The notes: generated by a model from the sequence alone, not told the origin. A stretch of DNA of 64,000 bases from a bacterium (GCA_046331705.1 JAXLQJ010000014.1:62001-126000), one strand, 5' to 3'; shown: positions 10,401 to 20,027, counted from the stretch's first letter. Translations and numbers: made by a program.

Positions 10401-11387
10401 CAAGGCTTCTCTGAACCGGTGCTGGGACGGGTCCTCGGCGAGATAGAGGCGTTGATAGTCTTGCTCCGTCACCACCATTCGGTCCACGTCCTCGATGGAT
10501 CCATGGCAATGGAAGATCCCGCGCTCGTACCCGGGCAACGCTAGGGCGAATCGGATAAGATCGTCGCTACGCCCCTCATCGAAATTGAGGCTCAAGACGG
10601 TCTCGGGTGGATCGTCGCTATCCAGGGCGACGTCCCGCGCACACGGGCGAACGGTGGGTGTGTGCAAGATGCGTTTGAAAGCGAGTTCGAGCTCGAGATC
10701 GTAATTCGTCGTGATGAACCGCTTGATTCCGAGATCCAAGGTGAGAGATCGAAATAAATCATCGTAGGCGACGCGACCACCCGATCCTGCATCGGATCCG
10801 CCTTCCCGACGGAACATCGACCCCACCAGGTTCCGAAATTTCGTTCCGCCGATCTCGCTGAAGGCGGCTTCGCAGAGCCCCAGATATGTCGGGAACGCGG
10901 TGGTGTCGAGTCGAGCTGTATCTATGCGGTGCCCAGTCAGCTTCGTTCGAATATTACGCAGAATCTCTTTTTGCCGGGTCTGATCTCCATCGCAATTGAG
11001 ATCGAGCCCTGCGAACAGGCCATCCAATTCGCGCTGGACTGGCGCAGTAATGAGCTTCTCGCTGAGAACTTGAACCTGCGCCCGTTGGTAGTCGCCTCGG
11101 TGAGGGGTGGTCGACACCGAGCGCGACTTGTCGGGCATCGTGTATAGACCCTCGACGAAGGCCACCACGGTTCGCACCAACTCCGCCCAGGTCGGATAGT
11201 TCGCACACGCCGAAAGGCCAGATCCCACGAATGCGACTGCACGCCCGGTGTTGATCGACCGAGCGATCATCCGGGCGTGGCGTCGGTTCAGGTCTGCGTA
11301 GACACGCAGATCATGGAGCGCGAGAAGGTGCAGGCCGTGAACCGGATCGTGTGCCGAACTCTTAACCATCGCTCGCATCTCTCGCAT
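7473..11387 (-). CDS. SIR2-like domain + STAND-like P-loop + TPR-like helical repeats; candidate anti-phage (Avs-like) protein
   Basis: FVGSGLS..YPTW, ITTNYD, HCHGS..MVVTEQDY, IFVGIGL (SIR2_2); GPDGSGKGT P-loop; WHD-like RYMAHSLVRQ; Ala/Leu-rich TPR-like C-terminus. Confidence 0.8.
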   Translation of the reverse strand: MREMRAMVKSSAHDPVHGLHLLALHDLRVYADLNRRHARMIARSINTGRAVAFVGSGLSACANYPTWAELVRTVVAFVEGLYTMPDKSRSVSTTPHRGDYQRAQVQVLSEKLITAPVQRELDGLFAGLDLNCDGDQTRQKEILRNIRTKLTGHRIDTARLDTTAFPTYLGLCEAAFSEIGGTKFRNLVGSMFRREGGSDAGSGGRVAYDDLFRSLTLDLGIKRFITTNYDLELELAFKRILHTPTVRPCARDVALDSDDPPETVLSLNFDEGRSDDLIRFALALPGYERGIFHCHGSIEDVDRMVVTEQDYQRLYLAEDPSQHRFREALQLAFLANPIIFVGIGLQEDDLLRPLRLVASRDPRQRRDPAWFAVLPGQGPEGRDSLEGERLAARYGVKAWRFDGEVTDFPKRLRDLRRERHDWWRGWQQKPPIREAVFSRPRKGLMMRHRILAPTRIFERHHRSQLAGLRAKLRRHRLVLVVGPDGSGKGTLGEQIVSVNRTRVRAGAKPSPAFFASLRFSNDLGSILEAAARHLAASCAIRLRTTTPHERLLEAVERTPNGLVVIGSLQRVLEPSRPGLLFSLRSGRRDPDAPAWCAAEAPDCADDDSDPDGQRTVDLGDPISSEVLGLLSGLAALSLNGRLRSRVVLTSSLLPTIADRKLDAVLRAATWDAALLSREDALEPFRSLARGLHSKVEDIRRVLHGHVFAMSIVVDLIRRRRQPDDIEVLLDGLYGDLTASNQFRRPLHVAERAIRELRRFADAEDHLADAVLRTICLFSTPVDAVAIQASMGQHGSDPGDPGMLGRALRVLVERRLLFEIAGFGPDPRSRGAPRYMAHSLVRQALLHGQGAGPYGVAESQRFVLSGFAEKGVLRPREFSRIYKRLGDTVVALLGQAENARDDRKAGTDRVREMARAAFGVIRARLSIVEIPRLEHLPWLEDFHGRELSLLESYKMRLLRLLNVTRGVPGPLWSHHTSLEAGKATAAKRHPPFEHPDGVLYIDELGWLYNEIALTSFMEGELHDAFALARMVQDVSDAAEWNPVLRRGQGIRSAQAALTLGQVQIERGNLSAARRYLEDALGQARRVRDVDLWARAQGFLGLLAHLSADCDAARKRYDVALERLRGAGNLRALSIFLRHRASLNVSIGKRDDARLDVQSAISAAHAGHFPDLYHYANVVSAKHEAAEEPVKATQMLERALLFSRRLGSRRLECEVLRTLGRVALVVGDTHEAAKLAREALGMAATLGLGLQIPATLMVLSEAVERRQDPDAARRLLHAARKLAHNQGYRLRVDKVDRILVRLGPPK

Positions 11388-12510
11388 GCACCCGCGATGC
11401 TTGCCGCTGGATCTCCGCGGCCATTGCGATCAAATTCCGTGACTCGTTCGGCGAGGGACGAGCACGTCGCCGCCTCAACCGCCCCAACTACTGCGCGCTC
11501 GGCTGCGCCGGCCATCTGAATCGCGGCTGCTTCTGAGATCGGACGTGAGATTGCCCATCTGCCGGCGATTCTGAGCGCAAGGGAGATCGGGACGCAAGGG
11601 CGGGGACGCGCTGAGCCCCTGCCCGCGAACCGCCAGCATTGCCCCAGTGTCAGTCCAACACGACTCTCCGCAACCCGCCGAGCAAGAACGGGCCGCCATT
11701 CTCCGTTGAGTGTCGTGCCCTTCAAAAGGAGATGGGAGTGGCTTGAAGCGTGGCGCACGAACTCAACGGCTGGCTCGTGGCGACCACTGCTGCGCGATGT
11801 CGAGCGCAGGCAACCCGTAGGCACATTCGCTGGCCCAGAACGTATTCGGCACCCTCGGAGGGCCAGGCATCATCGCCCCACACGACGCTGTGCGCGGGCC
11901 GACCCCGGGGACAGACCATCGTCGCCCCCCGGCGGGCTTCGGATTCGCTCGGGGCTTCGCGCCAGGCGTGGTGCGCAGGACGCTTACCTCTCGCGTACGG
12001 ACTGATGGAATGCTTGCACACCGGGCTATCAAGGAAGACTCGTGCTCGTTCGACGAGACGATCGCGCGCCTCGGGATTGTCGGGGAGTGGCGCTGATGTC
12101 CCGCGAATCGCGCGTATGAATGCGAGCGCATCGTCACGAACGCGATATTGTTGCGCTCGGCACCCGGACTAGGTCGTATGAATCCTGAATCCGAGAGAGT
12201 GAGCACCATCGGCACGAGCGATCGAAACGACCTCGCAGCGAATGGCAGATGGAAGTGCGGAGCGATATGGTTCGACAGAGTGCAGTATCCACAGTGGAAG
12301 CGCTCGACGAAGCTAGCGGTGTTCGTGCCGCGGAATCCGGTGGCTGAGATCACACCGCTGGTCTGAAGCGTCCCGACGAGCGCTGCGACGACGAGCGCGC
12401 GGTCTTGAAGACGGCGCCGGCACCGGCCGAGAATGCGACCGCGACGGATCGCCGCGCATCGCCTTGGCCGTCGTCGTGGCACTGAGATCCCGAGCCGAAG
12501 TCCCACCAAC

Positions 12511-12771
12511 GTGCCTCGACGCAAACCATCGCCCACCCCGTTCTTGCGGCTGGTTTCGGGCATCGGTGGCTGCTTGCTCGGCGGCGCGGTCGGCTATGGC
12601 ATCGTGACGAGCGGGACGGGGCCCGCGCCGTCGCTACTGGAACCCGCCGCGTTCGCATGGGTGTTCGGACTTGCTGGCGCGTGCGGTCTTCTCGCGGCGA
12701 TGTCGCCGTGGAAAGCCTGGCGACCGTCGCGGAAGTATGGGTGGAGCCAGCGTGATGTATCGCCGGAATGA
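12511..12771 (+). CDS. Small hypothetical membrane protein (2 TM)
   Basis: Two hydrophobic segments (LVSGIGGCLLGGAVGYGIV; AAFAWVFGLAGACGLLAAM); GTG start assumed. Confidence 0.45.
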   Translation: MPRRKPSPTPFLRLVSGIGGCLLGGAVGYGIVTSGTGPAPSLLEPAAFAWVFGLAGACGLLAAMSPWKAWRPSRKYGWSQRDVSPE

Positions 12772-13257
12772 GGAGTCGGGCCGCGTTGGGCTTCAACTCA
12801 GCGTGACGAGCTTCCCAGCCGCGGCTCGAGCCTGAAGATCGTCTCGCGCATTCGCGTCCGAGCCTGTCGCTCGGAGGCGTGGCATTTCGAGCATGGCGCC
12901 GCCGCCGATGCGGACGGAGATGCGGATGCGATCCCGCAGGCGGTTCTCCGCCTCCTGGTCAATCGGCGGCCCCGGCGCCCACTCGGTGGACGCCAAGCCG
13001 TCCGTGCTCGACGACTCGTCGTCGAACGTGAGGCTGGCGATCCCGAAGGCTACGGCGGCGTCGCCGAGCACGTGGACAGATGGACGATCACCAACGCGGC
13101 GATGATCGCGAGCGCGGGAGTGGCGATCCAGGCCACCACGCCCCACCACGCGGGTGGCAGAGCGGGCCAGCGACCTCGCTGGCTCGCGTCGCCCTCACGG
13201 GTGCCGGTTCCCTCCGCCCCCACTCGAGCTCACTCGAACCAGAAGCACAACGGCGCG

Positions 13258-14073
13258 CTACTTCGAGCTCTCGACGTCCGGCTTGGAATTCGCGGTCTCC
13301 GGCGGCGGTGACACGGCCTCGGGTGCTGCAGTCGGTGTCGGTGCCGAGCTCTGCGACGCCGGCTCGGCCCGTGTGCCACCCCCGCGGCGACCACCACGCC
13401 ACGGCTGACCGTCGGGGCCGTTGCCGTTGGCATCCGGCCAGCGCGGCGGTAGGGGCTTGCCGTCCGGCCCAAGGCGTGGGCCGCTCGGCGCACCGCCCCT
13501 ACCCGGGCGTCGATCACCGGGCGGGCGTCCCGGTTTCGGGCCACGGCCGGCGCCAGGAGGGCCCTTGGCACCGTCGGGCCGACTGCGGGGATCACGCGGC
13601 GCCGATGTGAGCTGCCACCCCTCGCCAGCACGTGGCGTCTGCCGATCCGCGGCGCCCGCGCGAGGTCCACCTCGCGGCCCGTCGTCCCTGTCGCCGCGCG
13701 GCGCGCCTGCACCACGTCCACCACCACCACCGCGGCGGTCACCACGCCCACCTCCGCGGCCGCCCCGGTCGCGACGGTCGCGACCTGCAATCGCCGTCAC
13801 CACGCGATCGACCACGTAGTTGAACTCGCCCCTGCTGATCGAGCCACTGGGGCCGGCCTCGCCCTGGAACACGCGGACCAGGCGGATCGCGCCAAGGTCG
13901 CCAACGACCTCGAGCGCCTCGAGCAAACGCGTCGTCCGCTCTGGGGAGAGCGAAAGCGCCGCCGCAACCGCCTCGTTGAGCGCCTCCCCCTCGAGGCCCT
14001 CGGCGGCCTTCGCGGCAAGGACCTCGCGACCATGGCGGAGCAGGATCGGTGAGAACTCTGTGAGCGTTTTCAT
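13258..14073 (-). CDS. Hypothetical protein with globular N-terminus and RG/G/P-rich disordered C-terminus
   Basis: Normal codon bias, ATG start; about 90-aa folded-looking region followed by RDRRDRGGRGGGRG low-complexity tail. Confidence 0.75.
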   Translation of the reverse strand: MKTLTEFSPILLRHGREVLAAKAAEGLEGEALNEAVAAALSLSPERTTRLLEALEVVGDLGAIRLVRVFQGEAGPSGSISRGEFNYVVDRVVTAIAGRDRRDRGGRGGGRGDRRGGGGGRGAGAPRGDRDDGPRGGPRAGAADRQTPRAGEGWQLTSAPRDPRSRPDGAKGPPGAGRGPKPGRPPGDRRPGRGGAPSGPRLGPDGKPLPPRWPDANGNGPDGQPWRGGRRGGGTRAEPASQSSAPTPTAAPEAVSPPPETANSKPDVESSK

Positions 14074-14319
14074 CGTCGCCGGTACTTACACGAGGCGGGC
14101 CCCGCGCGTCGATTGCTCGGGCGGCTTGGGGCGCTCCCCCCATCCGGCCGCCGCAGCGCTCGTCCCCTCACCGAGACCACTTCCGCGACCCCAGCTCGAT
14201 CCCGACGAGCGTCTTCGCGATCCGTTTCCGATCCTGCCAGCCGGAGATGTCGAGGGTGGCGTGCTCCATGGACCGTGTCGCCGTCGAGCCCGAGTCAACG
14301 GCGCCTCCGCCCCACGCCG

Positions 14320-14607
14320 TCACTTGCCCGGTTCGGACCCATCGGAGCCGACGTCTTCGATGGCCTCGCGGTCGAGCTCCGCCTCCGGCACCGGCTCCAC
14401 GGTCGCCAGAACCTGTCGCGCCAGCTCCGCATTGCTCTCCTGGACGTTCACCTTGATCCCGCCCGCGCTATCGCCGTGTGCTCCGAGCCCGCCCATGTAC
14501 ACATCCGCGAGCGCCGAGTCGATGTCCCGTTCGAGCAGGCGTTGTCGTGCGAGATGCGCCTCTGCGAGCGTCGAGAACGTTGCGATCGTGACCCATCCGT
14601 CGCTCAT
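14320..14607 (-). CDS. DUF2007-like (putative signal-transducing) small protein
   Basis: WVTIATF....EAHLAR..L....I, GGIKVNV....AELARQVL pattern; GGAAGGAG RBS upstream. Confidence 0.75.
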   Translation of the reverse strand: MSDGWVTIATFSTLAEAHLARQRLLERDIDSALADVYMGGLGAHGDSAGGIKVNVQESNAELARQVLATVEPVPEAELDREAIEDVGSDGSEPGK

Positions 14608-15407
14608 GTTCGCTCCTTCCATCGTCGAGTTGCGCGACCATCGCCTGTCCGCCTCGACGCTGATTGCCTCGGGTGGTGACCAAGCCCTTTGCGCGTGTGG
14701 TCGGCTCCACCCGCTCCTCCACGCCCGTCGGCGGCTCGCAGGCAGGGCGTGGAACCGCTCGGACGGTCGCACCGTACACCACCACGCCGAACGTAACCGC
14801 CGCGGCAACGAACGATCGGCAACAGACGCTCGCGTGAAGCGCATCCGACTCGGCGGCTGGCGCGGCTACGATCTCGACAGGAATCCCAATCCGCCTCGCG
14901 ACGACCTCTTGGTCCAGTCTTCGATCTTGTCGCCGGTCTTGTCGAGGCTATCTCCGACCTTTTCGCCCCCTGGATCGACCGTCTCACCTGCGCGAACGCC
15001 GATGCGCAGGAGCCCGATCCGCGGACGACGATCGAGCTCCGAGTGCATGCCTCGGCGATCTGCGTCCAACAGTAACCAGAGATCTCGACGGAAATTCTCG
15101 ACGCACGGACGAGGCCATGCGCCGAATCCGATTCTCGCGGTTCCCGAGGTTTGCGCCGCAACAACGGTCCGACGGATGATCGCATCCACCAGCGTGCGCC
15201 CGCGCGCGATGCGTGATCTCTCGTAGATGGGCTCGAATAGACCTGGTCTTGCGGCGCGAATCACCAGCCGATGGCCGACCACCGCACACGCTCACCCGTC
15301 ACACCTCGCGACCAGCCGTGTCTGCGTACGATCCAGGCCGGTCCGCGCGGTTGCACTCGCCTCGGGCGGTGTAGCCGCTCACCGAAGCGCACCGCTCGAG
15401 GTCCCGC

Positions 15408-16490
15408 ATGACGATCGTCGAAGCGACCGACCGCTACCACGCCTGGCTCGCCGAGCACACGCCTCTCGATGAGCAGGCCCTCGGCAAGAAGCGCAAGAAG
15501 ATCCGGAAGGGCCCGTTCCCGTTCCTCCGCGGCACGTTCTATCGCTGGGCGCAGACCTGGGCGCAGCGGATGCCGGCGGAAAGCGCCACGCCGCGTGTCC
15601 TCGCGATCGGCGATCTCCATCTCGAGAACTTCGGAACGTGGCGGGATGCCGAGGGGCGGCTCGTCTGGGGGGTCAACGACTTCGACGAGGCTTACCCGCT
15701 CCCGTGGACGAACGATGTGATTCGCCTGGCGACCAGCATCCTGCTCGCCGCGGACGAGAGGCACCCGCTCAAGCTGACCCCGGCGGACGCGTGCGATGCG
15801 CTGCTGGACGGTTACCGACGCGGGCTGAAGACGGGTGGCCGCGCGTACGTGCTCGCCGAAGGCAACAAGTGGTTGCGATCGATCGCTGCGGATCAGCTTT
15901 GGAGACCGAGCGATTTCTGGGACGAGCTCACCGAGCTCGAGCGAGCTCGGACACCGGATGCACGCGCAGTCGAGGCCATTCTCCTCGCGCGGATGCCCGA
16001 GCCACTCACGCACGTTCGCACGGCGCGTCGCGAAGCCGGCGTCGGAAGTCTCGGTCGACCCCGCTTCGTCACCCTCGCGCGCTGGAACGGCGCCTGGATT
16101 GCGCGCGAGGCGAAAGCGCGGGTGCCGAGCGCGGCCGTCTGGGCTCGCGGACGACCCGACGGTCGCGACCACTGGGGCACGATCCTGCGCCGTGCCGTCC
16201 GAGCGAGCGATCCATTCCTGGCGAGTGTCGATGGATGGGTCGTGCGCCGCTTGGCGCCGGACAGCGTCAAGATCGAGTTGGCCGATCTGCCCACCGGCCG
16301 CGATCAGACGGAGCTCGTTGCCGCCCTGGGATTCGAGACCGCGAACATCCATCTGGGTAGCGGCAGCGCCACCCGCGCCGTCCTCCGCGACCTTCAGCGT
16401 CGGCGCGGACCGTGGCTGCACCGAGCGGCGCGGGAGATGGCCGAGCACGTCCGCAACGACTGGAGCGACTGGAAGAAGGCAACCAAGTGA
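15408..16490 (+). CDS. DUF2252 family kinase-like protein
   Basis: PFPFLRGTFYRW, GDLHLENFG, NDFDEA, GVGSLGR motifs. Confidence 0.85.
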   Translation: MTIVEATDRYHAWLAEHTPLDEQALGKKRKKIRKGPFPFLRGTFYRWAQTWAQRMPAESATPRVLAIGDLHLENFGTWRDAEGRLVWGVNDFDEAYPLPWTNDVIRLATSILLAADERHPLKLTPADACDALLDGYRRGLKTGGRAYVLAEGNKWLRSIAADQLWRPSDFWDELTELERARTPDARAVEAILLARMPEPLTHVRTARREAGVGSLGRPRFVTLARWNGAWIAREAKARVPSAAVWARGRPDGRDHWGTILRRAVRASDPFLASVDGWVVRRLAPDSVKIELADLPTGRDQTELVAALGFETANIHLGSGSATRAVLRDLQRRRGPWLHRAAREMAEHVRNDWSDWKKATK

Positions 16491-16747
16491 TCGAGCAGAA
16501 GACGCCTTCGCCAGCGCGAGCGAGCGCGGACGAGCCATCCACCGGGGGCCAGCGTCCCTCGGACACGCCTGTCGAGCGCCGCGGAGCCGCCTACTGGGCC
16601 GGCTGTTGCGAAGCGGCCACGACGCGGGTCGTGTGGTCTGCGTCCGCGATCGGCTGGCGCCTTGCCGACGTGACGGGTATCACGCACGACGAGATCCGCT
16701 TCTGCCCGTTCTGCGGCGCGGGACTTCCGACGCTGCGAGGGAAGTGA
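16487..16747 (+). CDS. Small Cys-motif (CC...CPFC) putative Zn-binding protein
   Basis: GTGA overlap with the DUF2252 stop; GCCE and IRFCPFCG motifs. Confidence 0.6.
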   Translation: MIEQKTPSPARASADEPSTGGQRPSDTPVERRGAAYWAGCCEAATTRVVWSASAIGWRLADVTGITHDEIRFCPFCGAGLPTLRGK

Positions 16748-16828
16748 GCCTTGGGCGAGGCGCAGTCGTTTTTCATCGGAGCCCGCCACCGTACGGCTGT
16801 GCGCCACCCATCGTCGCCAGGAGCCCCG

Positions 16829-17161
16829 ATGCCCAGTCCCGACCTCGTCCGCAAAGCCGACGCCGTCCGCGCCGATCTCGCTCGACTCGAAGGTGACCTG
16901 ATGGCCCTGCTCGCGCTGCTGGGAGGCGCGGTCGGCTCCGCGCTCGCCGATCGAGTCCGCGAGCCGATGGCCGCGATCCTCGGCCATGTCGAGCCCCTGC
17001 TGAAGCTGCTGGGCGCGCACCCCGTTCCCGCTGCGCCCGCGCGAACCAAGCGAAGACCGAGCCGGCCGAACCAGGCCGCGAGCGCGACCGCGGCGGCAGC
17101 CCCATCGCGGCGCGTTGGACGCCGTAACCGGGCGAGGCTCGCGACCAGGGCATCGCGCTGA
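16829..17161 (+). CDS. Hypothetical protein (helical N-terminus, basic tail)
   Basis: AGGAG RBS before ATG; host-like codon use. Confidence 0.55.
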   Translation: MPSPDLVRKADAVRADLARLEGDLMALLALLGGAVGSALADRVREPMAAILGHVEPLLKLLGAHPVPAAPARTKRRPSRPNQAASATAAAAPSRRVGRRNRARLATRASR

Positions 17162-17218
17162 ACGAGCCGCGGCGCGGCGAGCTTCGACAAGGCCTCGACG
17201 GGAAGAAATCGAGGAGAC

Positions 17219-18421
17219 ATGACGAGCGACGATCCGGCACCTGGCGTCTACGTCGAGGAGACCCCGATCGCAGCCCGCACGATCACCGGCGCCACGACGT
17301 CGACCACGGCCTTCCTCGGACGCGCGCCGAGCGGTCCGCTGGACGCTCCACGCCTCGTCCACGACTTCGCCGACTTCGAGCGCATCTATGGAGGGCTCGC
17401 GCCGGAGTGCCCGCTCGGCTACGCGGTCCGGCAGTACTTCACCAACGGCGGCGGCGCGGCGGTGATCGCTCGCATCGCCCATGGCGATCCGACCGGCGCC
17501 GTCGATCCGTCCGCTCCCATCACGGATGCCGACATCGCGGATCCGACGCTCGCGGCGCAGCAGCGCGGGCTCTGGCTCCTGGATCGCATCGCGGATGTGA
17601 ACGTCATCTGCATCCCGCCGCTCGAGCGCGCGAAGGACGTCGGCCGCGTCACCTGGGACGCGGCCCTCGCGTACGCGCGGCTGCGCCGTGCCTTCGTCAT
17701 CATCGATCCGCCGTGCGCGTGGCGCACCGCGTCCGACGTGACGGCAGGCATCGATGAGCTCGTCACCCGCGACTCGCACGGTGCGCTCTACTTCCCCCAG
17801 GTGCTCGCTCCCGATCCACTGAGCGCCGATCGGGCGTCGCCGTTCGCGCCCTGTGGTGTGATCGCGGGGTCCTACGCGCGCACCGACACGCTTCGCGGCG
17901 TCTGGAGAGCTCCCGCCGGCGCCGACGCCGTGCTCCACGGAGTCTCCGGGCCAGCTGCCGCGCTCACCGACTCCGAGATGCGCGCCCTGAACCGGCTCGC
18001 GGTGAACGCGCTGCGAACCCACCCCGGCACCGGGACCATCCCCTGGGGCGCGCGCACGCTGCTGGGCGCCGACGGTCGCGGATCCGACTGGAAGTACGTG
18101 CCCGTGCGCCGCTTGGCCCTCTTCATCGAGGAGAGCCTTCAGCGGGGAACGCAGTGGGCCGTCTTCGAGCCCAACGACGAGCCGTTGTGGGCGCAGCTGC
18201 GTCTCAGCGTTGGCGCGTTTCTGCACGCGCTGTTCCGCCAGGGCGCGTTCCAGGGTGCCACAGCGCGCGAGGCGTACTTCGTGAGGTGCGACGCTCAGAC
18301 CACGACCCCGACCGACGTCGGGAACGGTGTCGTGAACATCGTGGTCGGGTTCGCTCCGCTCGAGCCAGCAGAGTTCGTGGTGCTTCGACTGGCGTTACGA
18401 GCAGGAACGACGCCGAGCTAG
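17219..18421 (+). CDS. Contractile phage tail sheath family protein (eCIS Afp/Pvc-like), orphan
   Basis: PGVYVEE N-terminus, TAFLG, YFTNGG, GVWRAPAG, WGARTL, WKYVPVRR, WAVFEPN, GFAPLEPAEFV C-terminus; GAGGAG RBS. Confidence 0.93.
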   Translation: MTSDDPAPGVYVEETPIAARTITGATTSTTAFLGRAPSGPLDAPRLVHDFADFERIYGGLAPECPLGYAVRQYFTNGGGAAVIARIAHGDPTGAVDPSAPITDADIADPTLAAQQRGLWLLDRIADVNVICIPPLERAKDVGRVTWDAALAYARLRRAFVIIDPPCAWRTASDVTAGIDELVTRDSHGALYFPQVLAPDPLSADRASPFAPCGVIAGSYARTDTLRGVWRAPAGADAVLHGVSGPAAALTDSEMRALNRLAVNALRTHPGTGTIPWGARTLLGADGRGSDWKYVPVRRLALFIEESLQRGTQWAVFEPNDEPLWAQLRLSVGAFLHALFRQGAFQGATAREAYFVRCDAQTTTPTDVGNGVVNIVVGFAPLEPAEFVVLRLALRAGTTPS

Positions 18422-18782
18422 CCCACGCGCGGCGATGGGCGGATGCGCCGACGGAGCCCGCGAACCACGGGAGGAAGCTCGACGGCCGAGCCTCTGTACC
18501 CGGGCGCCTCCTCGAGGCCCTTCATGAATCGTTGCGACCGCTTTCCGCTCGATTCGTGATGCGGATGGAGAGGTTCGATTCGATTCCAGTCACGAATCGT
18601 GCTCGGGCCAGGCATCCGTCTCTCTGGACTGCGCGAACGCACGGACTCCGACGACTCGGTGTCTGCAGAGCGACGCGAGTGGCGCACCACCGCCTGCGCG
18701 GTCGCCGCATTCTCGTCGCGCGCGCCCTGGACTCCCTCGGGGCGCTCGCAGCTCGTGTTCCCGCGGTGCGCCGGCGGAAAGC

Positions 18783-20027
18783 TCATTGCCGATGGATCGT
18801 GAGCGGGATGGGCGGCGACTCGTTGACCGTGACGTGCCCCACGACCGTGTCCGAGTCGGAGAAGGTTCCGTCGTAGGTTCCCGTGAGCGGTGGCGCCCCC
18901 GCCACGAGCGAGACGTTGGGGTGCGTGTGGGTTCCGGTCACCAGTCCTGGCGTGGTGGTTCCGCCAAGCTCGAGCGCACCCGAGCCCGTGACCGCGCCGC
19001 CTGGCAGCTCGATCAGCGCCAGATCGATCGACGCCGTGACACCCGCCACGGTGGTGGATCCAGCCCAAACGCCCGTCATGGACGGCACAGCGACGCTGGC
19101 GGCGGTCACCACCAAGGTGTCGGGAGCGCTGGAAGCCTTGCCGTCGGCGACCACGAGCTGCAGCACGTACTGACCGGCGACGTCGGCCACGAATAGCGTC
19201 TGGGCCGCACCCGGATCTTGGATGCCGGCATTGCTACCCGCGGGCCTCGACACGAACGTCCACAGGTAGGTGAGCGAATCGCCGTCGGCGTCCGTGCTGC
19301 CGCCACCGTCGAGGTTCACCACCACCCCCGTCGTCACCGCCTGATCTGCGCCCGCGTTCGCCACGGGTGCGACGTTCTGCACCGAGGCCGTCACGGTGAC
19401 CACGTTCGGCGTGCTCGTCAAGACGCCGTCCGACACGAGGAGCTGCACGACGTACTCGCCGGCGGTGTCCGCCACGAACAGCGTCTGGGCGCTCGTCGGA
19501 TTCTCGATGCCAGCTCGACTGCCCTCCGGAGTCGACACGAACGACCACAGGTACGTGAGCGGATCGTCATCGGGATCGTGACTGCCGCGTCCATCGAGCG
19601 CAACGACCGCACCCACCGCGACGCGCTGATCCGCGCCGGCGCTGGCGGTGGGGGGCGCGTTCGACGTCGTCGCGGTCACTCGCACTTCGCTGGGCTCGCT
19701 GCTCAGCTTGCCGTTGCTCACGACCAGCTCCAGGTCGTAGGTGCCGGCGACGTCGACCGTGAACGTGGGCCTCGGCACCGTCGCATCCGAGAGCGCTGCC
19801 CGGCTTCGCGCGGGCACCTCGACGAACGCCCACCGATAGGTGATCGGCTGGCCGCGAGGATCGCGGCTCTGGCTTCCGTCGAGCGTCACCACCGATCCCG
19901 TCGCAGCGGCTTGATCGGCTCCCGCGTTCGCAATGGGCGCATCGTCCAGCGCCGTCTGCGAACCGCCGCAAGCGCCGACGACCGCGACGAGCCACGAGAG
20001 CGCAAGCCCGAGCCAGCGATTCCGCAT
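18783..20027 (-). CDS. Lipoprotein with three PKD/Ig-like domains and a C-terminal beta domain
   Basis: Lipobox VGAC; three P.A.AG.DQ....G..V.LDG..S.D.DGD.LTY.W repeats. Confidence 0.85.
   Translation of the reverse strand: MRNRWLGLALSWLVAVVGACGGSQTALDDAPIANAGADQAAATGSVVTLDGSQSRDPRGQPITYRWAFVEVPARSRAALSDATVPRPTFTVDVAGTYDLELVVSNGKLSSEPSEVRVTATTSNAPPTASAGADQRVAVGAVVALDGRGSHDPDDDPLTYLWSFVSTPEGSRAGIENPTSAQTLFVADTAGEYVVQLLVSDGVLTSTPNVVTVTASVQNVAPVANAGADQAVTTGVVVNLDGGGSTDADGDSLTYLWTFVSRPAGSNAGIQDPGAAQTLFVADVAGQYVLQLVVADGKASSAPDTLVVTAASVAVPSMTGVWAGSTTVAGVTASIDLALIELPGGAVTGSGALELGGTTTPGLVTGTHTHPNVSLVAGAPPLTGTYDGTFSDSDTVVGHVTVNESPPIPLTIHRQ

Noticed and set aside
11475-11490. TCAACCGCCCC as another IS3 end on the far side of the SIR2 gene
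   Set aside because: Lacks the terminal TG and similarity stops after about 10 bp
14866-15282. ORF containing GEKVGDSLDKTGDKIEDWT
   Set aside because: Only about 20 residues look protein-like; probably a gene remnant, not callable as a CDS
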